A DNA stretch of 62,734 bases, counting the filler, from Choristocarpus tenellus KU-1152 (Eukaryota > Protista > Phaeophyceae): the NCBI GenBank assembly GCA_964200185.2. It is 13 parts of 13 records of this genome, joined end to end, with 100 filler letters (N's around TTAATTAATTAA, not from the genome) between each part and the next. Parts side by side here need not be neighbours in the genome. Positions count along the whole stretch, not along the records: positions 24,380 to 27,769 come from CAXNAD020020361.1; positions 27,870 to 31,616 come from CAXNAD020018178.1; positions 31,717 to 38,477 come from CAXNAD020007408.1; 10 more parts are not named here. One strand, given 5' to 3'. The position numbers and the translations under genes are program-made. Below the pieces are notes generated by a model that saw only the letters and a list, made by a program, of their open reading frames with translations, was not told where the DNA came from and ran no database searches. Below are positions 26,210-37,931 of this stretch, piece by piece. Each line of letters opens with the position of its first letter. Position 1 is the stretch's first letter.

Positions 26210-27769
26210 TGTTGAAGAACTTGGCGCATATAAGGCTCATCGCCGAAAGCTAGTAGTTGAGTTACGTGGTAAAACATACACCGAATTATTTATTGTCTGC
26301 ATGGTATTGTCCACTTGGTGTCCAATATAACTATATTACTGTTATTGTCCCACTATACCACTTGTAATGTCCCATTGGCCCACCATAACGTACCGCTGTG
26401 CACATCACTACTTTGTATTGTACCGAACTAGAGATCAACGTACATAAAACCTATGATATATGCTTGATCAGCTCAGATAACGTAAGGATAAAACTAGGTT
26501 ATTCGACACCCTCCCCTTGCTGAAAACAAGTATAAACACACATGTTACCTTACATGTTCATCAAAAACTTCATACATTGTCTAAAAACTCGAACTGGGAA
26601 ATTCTTGGTCAGCACATAGGCTCTCTGATTTGCAGTACTAACAAAAACAACACGAATTTCTCTTTTTTTAGACAATTCCCTCAGAAAATGATGTCGGACA
26701 TCAATGTGCTTTGTTCTAGTAGAGCTTGTGGCATTTGGTACTAGTCTGCATGCACCATCATTATCCTCAAAAATATAAATGCAACGCCTAGGAAACTGTG
26801 ACTGGATAGACTCAAAAACGTTTCTTATGAAAAGTAATTCCTGTGCCACACTACTAAGAGCTATGTATTCACTCTCTGTTGAAAACAGAGCTACAACTCT
26901 TTGTACCTTTGACGACCAAGATATTGCTCCTCCTGCGAACATTATTGCTCCTCCAGTCACTGATCTGCGATCATTACAGTCTCTAGCATAACTAGCATCA
27001 GCATACGCACTCAACTCACACTCAGTATCAAAACCACCAAAAATCAATCCAACACTGGGAGACGTATTCAAATATGCTAAAATACATTTCACTGCACACG
27101 CCAATGTGTGACTTTGGGATTGCTACTGTACTTGGCAACTTCACGAACTGCATTTGCAATGTCAAGCCTAGTCACAACAGATGCCCACATCAGACTACCA
27201 ACTGCATCTCTGTACGGTGTATTTTCATCAACATTTGGATCATTCTCACTCTTGTCTAGAGCCCTTGAGAGATCATGGGGTACCGACCTCTTCTTTGCCC
27301 CATCCATACCAAATCTTTGACAAACACTCTTAATGTACCTAGTCTGACTGATGGTGACAATCTGTGCATTTCTGTCACATGAAATCTCAAAACCCATATA
27401 ATACTCAAGATCACCCAAGTCTTCTATGGAAAACTGCTCTTTGATCCTAGAGCGAACCCAAATCAAAACATCTATTTTACCAGTTACCAGAAGATCGTCT
27501 ACGTGGGAGGCTATCACAGCACAAACAATGTCATCTCCTACATAGCGTAACACAGAGGGATCTGCTCTGCATTTGCTCAAAACCGCACTGTTCCAAAACG
27601 TGTACAAATAGATTATTAAATTCCCTGCTTGCCTGTTTGGTGTCATAAAGTGCCTTGACTAAACGTACAATCTTTCCAGACCATATGCGACATCTGTTCG
27701 ATTAGACTCTTCCAACTCTATCGGACAGTTACGGTAAAATATGTATGGAGTAATGCAACAATCAATTAG
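26210..27769 (-). mobile_element. Ty1/Copia retrotransposon 3' part: RT, RNase H, PPT and complete 3' LTR
   Basis: RT motifs ADPSV, SHVDDLL, DLGDLEYYMG, YRDAVGSLMW; RNase H motifs YADASYA, RRSVTG, STESEY, FEDN, RTKHIDVRHHF. PPT aaggggaggg at 26518-26509; LTR TGTCGAA...TTCAACA at 26508-26210 (299 bp). Frameshifted. Confidence 0.95.
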
Positions 27770-27869
27770 NNNNNNNNNNNNNNNNNNNNNNNNNNNNNNN
27801 NNNNNNNNNNNNNTTAATTAATTAANNNNNNNNNNNNNNNNNNNNNNNNNNNNNNNNNNNNNNNNNNNN

Positions 27870-27977
27870 GGATTGGGGGTTGGGTTGGATATTACAGATG
27901 GTCTAGTGGACCCTGATTGGAGTTGGGGAGATGATGGAATGGATGCCCAGCTCTTTAACTTTTTATTGGATGAGTGA
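27870..27977 (+). CDS. C-terminal fragment of an unknown protein with an acidic tail
   Basis: IGVGLDITDGLVDPDWSWGDDGMDAQLFNFLLDE*, followed by T-rich, UTR-like sequence. Confidence 0.35.
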   Translation, partial: GLGVGLDITDGLVDPDWSWGDDGMDAQLFNFLLDE

Positions 27978-29091
27978 GAAGTGTGATGTACAGTAGTAGC
28001 TCTTAAGAGGAGGAATTCAACCTCTCTTGAAAGAGCCGATCGTTGTTCCGTTTTTGTAGGTTCTTGTGTGTGTGTTTTGTAGTTCTTGTGGTGCGATTTT
28101 ATCGTTGCTTACGGTTACATGATTGGTTGTACTTTTTTTTTTCCAAAGAGTGCTTGTTGTGGTTATGGTAAATGGTTGTTTATGTGCGATCTATGGATGA
28201 AATATTGCAGCCAAGTTTATTTTTTGTTTCAAATTACTCTAGTTTTATGTTAATATAAATAATGTTGAGTGTCTGCACTAGTTGTGTGTACAGCAATATA
28301 GACTTTTGTTATTGTCGGGTTTTTGTTTTATTTTTTCACCCCTTGCTTGACGGACAGAGGGCAAGAAGTAGTAGTAATCCGTTTAATATGTACTCCTTTT
28401 CCGGAAGTGTAAACAGAGGCAAGGGAAGGTGAGATTAGGGGTGTAGGTCGGCCTGACAATCTGTCCATGTGAAGTAAATTTATAGACAGGTATATGTTGG
28501 TGCATATTTCACATTTATAGTATTGTTTTGCGGCTAATCTGATTTGTCGGGCATGAGCGTGTGAACAATCCCTGTTGCCAGGGGTGCTTGGATTGGGCCA
28601 ACAGGACGTAACTGGATGGGGAGTATTGTGGCAACAGAATCAACAGACTATACCAAATAGTGAGTAGGTAGAGCATTTGCTCTTTTTGGAAATGCGTGTG
28701 ATGTGTAGTGTTAGGTGTTTTCATATGTCTTTGTCTCTTAGCACTATTTTTTATGCATCATGAACTTGTTTTTTTTTCACAACGAAGTATAGTAAGTTCT
28801 TCAAAGCTATGTTGAGTATTCTCTCCTTTTCTGCTTTGCCCGTTCAGCTCCATGCAGTCGTGTTATCTTGTGATCAATATTACACCCTACAATACTACAC
28901 ACTACAATATTACACCCTACAATAATTGAAATATATTTGTGTTCGGTTTATTCAGTCAGTCAGTTTTGCATCGGGAAAATCTACAATATGCTTCCTGGAA
29001 GGTGCATCTCAATTGAGTGCTTGGTACCTTAGTTAGGGACCTAACATACGTGTTGGAACTAGTCGCTAGTGTATGATGAACCTTTCATGGT

Positions 29092-29426
29092 GGGTCAAAG
29101 TATCTGGAGGGGGGGGGGTGGTTTGTGAGGGGGCGTCCGTTTCAGTCAAGCAACTCTTCTTTTTGCTGACATTTCAAATCCGACAAATGCGACCAAATCA
29201 CACCTAAAGAGTGAAAATCGAAAAAAAAGGTGAAAAACGGACGCCGACCCCCCCCCCCCCCCCCCACAACCATACTATCTTTTTTTTTTTTTTTTTTTTT
29301 TTGGAGGCAAGGAAAGAGGCAAAAAAACAAAANNNNNNNNNNAAAACACCCCAAAAAAGAAAAAAAAAAAAAAAAAGGTGAAAAACGGACCCCGCCCCCC
29401 CCCCCCCCCCCCAGATACTTTTACTC
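29092..29426. mobile_element. MITE family B copy with an internal assembly gap
   Basis: gggtcaaagtatctg ... cagatacttttactc, flanked by TGGT on both sides. Confidence 0.85.
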
Positions 29427-29949
29427 TGGTGTTTGTTGCTTGTCTGTGACGACCAGAAGGATGGACAACACAACCGAGAAGAAGGTGGATGATGGATAGC
29501 AGTAGTAGTATTAGTAGTATCAAACAATGTTTAGAAAGAGATCAACTACTGGTGTTATTCAAGTAACCAAAAATGAATGAAATCTACAGTAAGTAGTACA
29601 AGTTGTTGGTCTAATAGTCAGTCACACCTGAAGCCAAAGATATTTTTATATTTAGTCTGCAGCGTGCCATACCCAGACTCTACAACTAGCCAATCTTCCT
29701 CTATGAACATTTTATACAAGGGTTGTTACAAGGTGTTGGATTTCGTTTACACGCGTATATTGCAGATACGGACAGAAGGGAAGAGGGAGGACTTCCCCTT
29801 CTCCGTGTCAAAATCACATAATAACACAAACCCAAACATGAACCCAAAATAAACCATGGAAGATATCCGTACATAGAGAGGTCTTTAGAAATAAACAAAA
29901 TTTTATCGTCTTACACTCAATTTTTGGTAGATCGACACAGAAGATCTGA

Positions 29950-31250
29950 AGACTATCGTCTTATTGTGGAACACAGGAACCACAGATGGTGTTTGAGCAC
30001 AAGAAGAGGGAAGGTCACAGAGGGGGCTATGCGGTCTGTGCCCAAGGAAAAGGTACAACGATCAAATGGCTAGAGGACAGGTCCTATACCTGCACTGTCG
30101 TCTGAAAGTTGCAGAACCAACAATGGATCTTGTTCTCCTTTGTGACCTCGCACCAATAAAACATATCGTTACCTCTAGGGAAATAAGTGCTATTTCTAAT
30201 TTTTATCTTCCCAACAAATCAGATTCTTAAGTACGGTCAGAACCGATTATCACCATAACCCACTCTCGATAATGTCTCTCGCTCGTTATATCTAGACACA
30301 CAGTGCGGTTTTAATGCTTGAGCAGAACAGTATCCTTGCAGGACAAAGTAAGTCGCTTATTGAATATTCCAACAGAGGTGATACGGTCTATCGGATGACC
30401 TCTATATCTAGTTCAAGGAACTCTGCTCAACGTCACCTCTGGACATCATTTGTTCTTATTCTAATCAACTCATTCTGAATTCCAAATAAAGATACAACTA
30501 CGGAGGAATGTATAAAAAAGAAATAATCGGCTGTTCTAAGATCGTCTCACGCACAAGTAGATATACCGCACAACCAGCAGAGATTCAGAGGACAAACAGC
30601 AGGAGTGGGGTTTCAACCGATATAGATGGTTCCTGGATGGTCAAAGACAAAATACAGGAAGGCGAGCATGCACCAAAGATCGAGGAAAAAAATCGACCTC
30701 CAACCAACTCTGCAACCATCGACATAATATATAACCACCGTACCAACGAAGCCATAGAAACCTCAAACCTACAAAAAAAGGAGGTCATCAAACCTCCCAA
30801 ACTTACATTGCAAGTGTGCTGGCAATTCGGGGGCGTTACCACTGCCTTATGATCCAAGAATACACTTGATGGATAATATATTCTCCATCTTTCACATCCA
30901 ACGAAAGAGCACCAAATCCAATGGAGCAAGGGGGTGATCAGTGAGAGGCGGGGAAGGCTGTACCCAGCACAGTAGAAGCAAGGCATGCACACGGAGGAAG
31001 TGTTACATGGGATATGTCATGGTGTACAGGCAATAGTAGCAACTCTGGCCACAGGTCCAAGAAGACAGTAGTAGTGTAATCAAACTGACGAAAGTCATCG
31101 AAATGCAGAGTATGATCACATTAGTAAACTACAACTTCCAGCAATAGCTTCATGAGGGCACACCAAACGGATGACCTGGTTGCGCTGGTGGCGGCAACGG
31201 TAGAGCAAGGTTGGCCGAATGAGGGAGATTACATTTGGTTGTTGTGGGGT
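29950..31250 (-). mobile_element. Probable highly decayed DIRS/Ngaro-type element (tyrosine recombinase remnant)
   Basis: Minus-strand fragment VRGHKGEQD near 30130-30155 resembles the RGxKGDQ motif of retroelement tyrosine recombinases. Many stops; weak support elsewhere. Confidence 0.35.
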
Positions 31251-31384
31251 CGCAGGGTTACGGGTCTACGGTGGTAGTAGCGGTAGGCTGCAGGAGAGAG
31301 AAAGGAGAGTGCGATCAAGTCTGATATGTGTCAACAGAGCCCAAGGGACGATAAGGTGTGGTGAGTGGGGTTGTGATAGGTTGA

Positions 31385-31496
31385 GTGGGGCAGCAGAGGT
31401 GTGTAGGAGGTTGTAGGAAGATATTGTTTTTGAACAAGATGTGGGGCAGCAGAGGTGTGTAGGAGGTTGTAGGAAGATATTGTTTTTGAACAAGAT
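31385..31496. repeat. Perfect 56-bp tandem duplication just upstream of the tRNA
   Basis: gtggggcagcagaggtgtgtaggaggttgtaggaagatattgtttttgaacaagat occurs twice. Confidence 0.9.
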
Positions 31497-31523
31497 GGGT
31501 AACGTTATTGAACCTGCGCTATG

Positions 31524-31595
31524 TCCCTCGTAGTCCAACGGTTAGGATATCTGACTTTCACTCAGGGGACCCGGGTTCGACTCCCGGCGAGGGAG
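31524..31595 (+). tRNA. trnE: tRNA-Glu (anticodon TTC)
   Basis: Acceptor stem tccctcg/cgaggga; D arm tagtccaacggttagga; anticodon loop ct-TTC-ac (31557-31559); T arm ccggg-ttcgact-cccgg. Confidence 0.95.
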
Positions 31596-32019
31596 ATATA
31601 TCTCTCTTTATCTATCNNNNNNNNNNNNNNNNNNNNNNNNNNNNNNNNNNNNNNNNNNNNTTAATTAATTAANNNNNNNNNNNNNNNNNNNNNNNNNNNN
31701 NNNNNNNNNNNNNNNNATATACAATGCATTCGATTCAGGTTTCAACAGTTGACAGGGGTACCTATCCCTTGTTACACGTCTCCATCCATATTTTTCTCCA
31801 TCGAGAGAGGTCTTCTTCTCTCCTACCAGAGTCACAGCCTCCAGAGGGGATTTAACTACATCAAGGGACAGTAGTGCTTACCGTGTGGTCTTCTCCACAA
31901 AACCCTGAGTCAGATATCTCCTCCTCTCAAAAGTGGGAAATTTTTGTATGCTTCGGCAAGTTGCTGCTCCAGATGATATTGTAGACATTTTTAGTACTTG
32001 GGGGGTGTTTTAATCTCCA

Positions 32020-32705
32020 TTACTGGACAAGAACGAACGTACCTCAGCCATTTGGGACAAAAAAAGGTATAACGGAAAACAAGCTGGATAATGCTGCCCT
32101 CCATCACGAGACCCCTTGCAAGATCATCTTATACCCGTTCTCGCCCACATGTTGACAGGTTCAACACACCTTGTCTATGTTATTCGTCGCCCAGACGTTT
32201 CCGCCTGCTATTTGCTCAAGTGTGTACCCGTTTTCGCCCATTGTAAGTAATCTGATTGTATGAACAATACGATCGTTTTGTCCTATACACCACAAATCAC
32301 ACAGGTTCCAAACTCTCGTTTCAATCTCCACACAACATCGAGACGTTCAACCGAAACCATCCCTCTTGCTAGGAACCATTCTCTCGAGCCACAATCAACC
32401 TCGGAATTTAAAACATCACCAAGCAAGACTAAAAAAACGCTAGGATAAGGATGAGAGTTCGGAACATGTGTGGTGTGAGGTGGGATCGAAGGACTGTATT
32501 TTTCATACAATCGGATTACTTTCAGCGGGCGAAAACGGCTACACGTTTGAGCGAAAAGCGGACGGAAACGGATGAAAATGGTGCAGAGAGTAGAGGACGA
32601 TTATACCAGGACCTTGTTACAGAGGACCCCATTATCCACCTTGTTTTCCGCTATACCCATTTTTGACCCATATTGGCACAAGTATGCTTGTTCTTGTCCA
32701 CTACC
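32020..32705. repeat. Diverged long inverted repeat (foldback-like element)
   Basis: The reverse complement of about 32020-32315 aligns with about 32455-32705 through ttcatacaatc(a/g)gattact, gggcgaaaacgg, cattatcca.cttgttttccg.tatacc and gttcttgtcca. Confidence 0.7.
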
Positions 32706-33915
32706 CATGAATCCGTCGAATAACTAGTGTTATACTTACGTAGTGTGTGCTGATACAAGCATTTAACACAGTTTTATGCACCTTCATCTTTAACTCGGTA
32801 CAATTCTGAAATGTAACGTATATAGCGGTATGGTGGGTCAGTCTTTGGTCAAACGTCAGAGATAATGGATGGCTAAGACAAAGGCCCAGCGGACAATTAA
32901 TAACCAGTGTATGTTCACCATGTAACCTACCAGTAGCTTCTGGCGGCGAGCCTTTCCTGCACGAAGCTATTCACAATAATCTTCTGGCTGTCATCCCATT
33001 CCCGTTCATGGGATGAAGATATCCCCCTTCAAAAGACTGTGAACGAAAAAGAGAAGATATAAGTTCGTCCATATAAGCTCGAAATTACACTTCAGAGTGC
33101 TCAAAGCACATGTACCAGAAGGCAAGTCAAAGGGGACTCGAATACTCAATGTAATGTCACCCCCCTCTAAGATTGAATGTCTCCCCTGTCCGCCCCCCAT
33201 CACAACTTTCCTTTGACCTTGGAAACATGCTACTCCGAGTATTTGTCACCTCCGAATCACCTCCGAACGTCCAGTAGTATCGGGTTGTTAATATACTTCA
33301 AGTATTTTTTGCATGCGCACAAAATGTAGTTGAAAGACAAAACTAAGCAACAGAGCTTGATATACTCACCTACACTGCAACTCATATGTAACACTTCTAC
33401 AGTACTGTAGTATTTGAAATAAATTATTTATTCATGACCCGGTCTGCAAATGTGGAAATCTGACCCTCCCTCCTCCCACAAGGCATAATCCTAACCCCAT
33501 GGGGACAGTTGTATCTCGTAACTGATCCTGACCCTCGACCATCCTTCGTCCTCTGTCCTCATGTTACTCCTTCCCAAACAGTATGTTCTACACTTGTTGT
33601 CAATCCTACACCCCAGTCGCACGTCTCTCATTACTATCATTTCCGGGATTGCTCTATCTTCGCTCTTCTTCACTACAATGTTGTTTTTTGCTACCCCCCC
33701 CAATCCTAGCCCTCCAATTAACTAAACTCACAGTATTCCTAACCCTCGCCATAACCCATAACCCGAACCCCATACCTACATACCTAACCTCACTCCACCC
33801 CTGTCATTTTATCCTGCCCTTTGTCCTCCACCGTTTCGGCAGGAGTTGGACTTCGCGATTATTGTCGTTGTGATGCTACTTTTGGCTGTAGACCTGCTGT
33901 CCATTGTCAACTTGA

Positions 33916-34173
33916 GAGCCAAAGTATCTTAGAGGGTAGAGCTGCGTCCGTTTGAGGGTCAAAATCCAATGTTGCGATTTTGATGAAAAATTTGGATATC
34001 GTGTTTGTTTGGAGTGTCAATGTCCATGTTCTGGTCGCACCTTTTCATAACGCATATATTTCACCTACTCCAAAAAAATTTGGAGTAGGAAAATGTCATA
34101 ATAATACTCATGGAAAGCCAAGCCCAAATGGACAAATAGGGTAAAACTTGTACCCTCTAAGATACTTTCACTC
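33916..34173. mobile_element. MITE family A copy (258 bp)
   Basis: gagccaaagtatcttagagggta ... taccctctaagatactttcactc, flanked by TTGA on both sides. Confidence 0.93.
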
Positions 34174-34192
34174 TTGAGTTCCAGGTGCTTGG

Positions 34193-34371
34193 GGGTCAAA
34201 GTATCTGGGGAGGGGGGTGGTTTATGAGGGGGCGTCCCCGTTTCGGTCAAACAACTCTTTTTTTGCTGACATTTCAAATCCGACACATGCTACCAAATCT
34301 CACAAAAAAGTGAAAATCGAAAAAAGGGTGAAAAACGGACGCCGACACCCCCCCCTCAGATACTTTGACCC
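34193..34371. mobile_element. MITE family B copy (179 bp)
   Basis: Perfect 15-bp TIR gggtcaaagtatctg / cagatactttgaccc, flanked by TTGG on both sides. Confidence 0.93.
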
Positions 34372-36190
34372 TTGGCCTGCTCACGAAGGTGTGGAATAAA
34401 ATTGACGTTAGTCCCCCACTCCATGTGCAACCTCCGCATGTGCCAACATTATCACAGCGCTCTTCTTGTGTAGGGGATGATTTTGATTTTTTCACTTGAG
34501 CAGTGAGGAGGGGTCGTATTAGGGAATATATATGGACTATCTGTTCTGAATTGTTAGTCAATTGGAGTTGAGTGTAGTGTGTCGTGGGCTTTCATTTCCA
34601 ACTACCCCTGGAAATCGTAAGGCACAATCCCTCAGCTTTCAATGATATCAAACCCACGCACTATGCATGCCTAAACATGAATACGAGACAGACGGATAGG
34701 GAGGAAAGAGAAAAGGCTGGGGATTTTGGGGGTGAGGACAGCGATGACGGAGGTGGGGCAAGGAGGGACTTATGGATGGTGCGGGTGTACAAGGTGCTGC
34801 TAAGTCAATGTTGATGAGTTGAAACCTGAGGACTGAAGACTTGAGAGCAGAGAATAGTGTTGGGTTTGGCGTAGCTGGCACTGAGCCTACTACTGTGGCC
34901 TGGGCAAGGTAGAGGGTACCAACACAACGCTTCATCCCGAGCAAGCACGCAGGGTATAGATGTATGACCTTTTTGAACGGGAAGCACCAATGCCTTGAAG
35001 ATTTCCTTCTCTTCTGGGACCAAGTTTGTACAAGTGCTTGGCTTCTGTGTTTCAATTTAGTGAACAGGAATGTGGTGCTTCCAACACACCGGTTGGCAGG
35101 TATCCCTCTCGAGCCTTTCCAATGGTGGGCTACTGATAAGCAACTATTTGACAAGCACCCCACGTTGCTCATTGCACATCCCATGTATTTTGTTGTTCGC
35201 AAGCAAGACTCCAGACCAAGACTTAATGGAAACGTTATAATATCAACTAGCAGTGGATGGCAGGACACCACAAATTTGACGTCAATTTTTTTCAGTCTTA
35301 GAGGCAATACAATTCAGTACAGCAGTCAAGTTCTCAATGTCGACCAGCCGAACTAGTTTCCAATTATGTGTCTAACTGTCCGCGAATCTGGGGTATCACT
35401 TTGCTCCTAGCCCAATGAAGCGATGTGATCAGATTCTTTGTCCTCCGGTTCCCCTGCTCCGTCTACATCCTTGGATACCCAGCCTAAAGATTCAGGAGAC
35501 TGGGATCCCTGGGTCCAGAGTGTCCAGTTTGGAAACAGCGGAAAGGGGATGAGGGTCTAGGGGTCACTGGTAGGGGACGCATGTGGGCATTGCGAGGGAT
35601 GTTGTTTAGAGTGTTGGACCTCCTAGCCGACTGCCTCATATCTCAGCTCACTCTTGCTAGATATTCTAGCAGATGCTGGGGTACATTGTACGGTGTAATA
35701 TGTAGATCTGTGTATGCATGCAATGCTTCAACAGCGCGTAAGGAGTGCCATACTGGCAATGGTGACAGGCACAAGTGCGTGTGTGGTTCATCGAGACAAT
35801 CCCTGTAGGTGAGAGTCATTTGTGATAACTTGCGGTATGCAGTGCAATGTGCCTACACAATTGCTTTTCAAGATCACGATCTATCCCTTACCTGCTTGTA
35901 GAAGGTGCTGTTGAAGAGTGTTTTGTAGTAAGAGGGTCCAGTAAATAAGGGCGAGTGTGTGCATTAGAGTTGGTGGAGAATGCACTGTTTATTGGTGGTT
36001 TCATAGTTCTTGTCCCTTTATGCAAACCTTCTATCACTCCTTTGAAAGTCCTCAAGAGGTTTATGCAACATGCCAATGAAGCAGTATAAACTGATTGCAC
36101 CGGCGACATCAGCTAGCATAAAGCAACACCAAAGTTGGAGTGTGTTTTCTGTTGTTTTTCTGTGGTTATATCTAAATATCAAAATGTACT

Positions 36191-36316
36191 GACTCAAAGT
36201 ATTTGTAAGGGGGGACATTTCAAATCCGACACGTGCGACCAAATCATACCAAAAAAGTGAAAATCGAAAAAAGGGTAAAAAACGGACGACGAAACCCCCC
36301 CCAGATAATTTGACCC
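36191..36316. mobile_element. MITE family B, internally deleted and diverged copy
   Basis: Core gacatttcaaatccgacac...aaaacggacg...cagataatttgaccc. No clear TSD. Confidence 0.8.
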
Positions 36317-36319
36317 ACT

Positions 36320-36950
36320 CATTGGCTGCAGCTTCATCCCCCTCTTCTTAATGTCAGCTCCATCCCCACTGATGGTGCCTCCAAGCCGAACAAGCTTGTC
36401 ACTATACTTGTAGCTCTGATCCAAAGGTCGGATCTTCATTATGCGATCATATTGCGAGGTTGAATGCACATGATTCGGGCATGGCCAGTTTGGCTGTCCA
36501 AGCTAACTCCTATTATTATCATCATCTTGGCCAGACTTCATCCAGTCTTAGACACAATGACCCCATCATCAGCATATAGCACACGTCACAACGCACTGCT
36601 TGAGCATATGCTCCGCTTCCTCATGCTCCTCCTCCTATGATCTGGTAATTTGTTGCAGCTCCCCTTCTGACGAACGGTTTCTGTATATAACCATGTCAGC
36701 GTTCAACTCTTTGATAACAACAGGAAAGCATTAACACCGTAGTGAAGAAGTTTTTGAAAAAAATGTAAGCGAGAAACCACCCCTGGCGAAGGCCTCGCCT
36801 GACCTCAAACCAGTCTGAACACTCTCCTCAATCATCCACGCGGACACAAGGCCATATGGAATGGATGGATGACTGAGATTATCTTCCTCAGACACTCTGA
36901 CGTCAGCAATAATACATCCCATAAGAGATTGTGGTCAACAAAATTACAGT
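36320..36950 (-). mobile_element. Decayed LINE reverse transcriptase fragment
   Basis: Across frameshifts: LWDVL, KIISVIHPFH, GECSDWFEVRRGLRQG, VLYADDGVIVS, SLAKMM, LGGTIS. Confidence 0.8.
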
Positions 36951-37301
36951 ATTTCTATGATTTCTGAAAGTTTTTTCTCTTTCAAAATTTTACTCACATT
37001 GTTTTTTTGTTATACTCAGCAAAACCAACTAATTAAAATAAAATAACAGCAAAATCATGGAAAGTATAGTAAGGGTCCCCACTTTAGTGCTGCCCGGAAT
37101 AGTTCATGTCCCGCAACAGTGCGGTTAAAATCGCTTTGCACGACTTCGGTCCCTCCATAGTGTGGTTAAGGGGTCATGATGACCCTGAATAGTGCAGTCA
37201 CCATACATTCTCTCTCTACACACCACACACACACACAGAAAACCGTTCATATTGTACTACAGCAGTACTACTGTAGTGCAGCAGTAGGCGTGTACCACGC
37301 G

Positions 37302-37931
37302 ATGCCCTGTGCTGCAGGTGAGCTATGCCTGTTTCCCGACATGACCCCAAAATAACCTAACGGCCATGTATGCCAAGGAGGGCGTTGTGGCCGACTCCAC
37401 GGCACCTGTGGTGAAGTGGAGCCGGAGAGAGGCAACGAATTGCACCGCATTTGCCCCACATGCGTTGCTGCCAACCAGTCTGCCGACCAGTCCTCGCAAG
37501 CTACCGCGGGCAAGCGCAAACTTGGTGCGGCATCTTCCTTGGGAGGGTCTGGAGCCGCCAAGAAAGCAGCATGCACGTCTCGCAGACAGCTGACTCTGGG
37601 GCTCGACGGGGTGGAAGAGGTTACAGAGTATTTAAACATGTACACGGAAGAGGTACCCGAAAACGTGTCCGACGATGAAAAAGAGGGCGGGGAAGATTAC
37701 TCCGGGAGACGCAAAGTTGAGGTGCCTCCGCCTTATTCGGAACTTTCTTCCCACTTCCATCACTTGGAGACCATCGCCGAGAAATGTGGCATGCAGGAGG
37801 CCGCTTTCCACCTACAGAAGGCCAGGATGGCAATGATCAACGCGTATGCCTCTAAGCCTGTACAACAGACATGCACTAGAGCCTTTGCGAGCCTACCAGA
37901 GAGGGATATGCGGTGGAGAGCGGGGTGGTAG
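37302..37931 (+). pseudogene. pogo/Tigger-like deletion derivative: N-terminal Cys/His cluster fused to a transposase C-terminal tail, one in-frame stop
   Basis: MPCAAGELCLFPDMTPK*PNGHVCQGGRCGRLHGTCGE...HRICPTC...PPPYSELSSHFHHLETIAEKCGMQEAAFHLQKARMAMI. No HTH or DDE domain. Possible left end TA|TAGTAAGGGTCCCC near 37066. Family assigned from recall. Confidence 0.5.

Noticed and set aside
34964-35356. PFQWW motif suggesting a hAT dimerisation domain
   Set aside because: The downstream ERxFS motif is absent.
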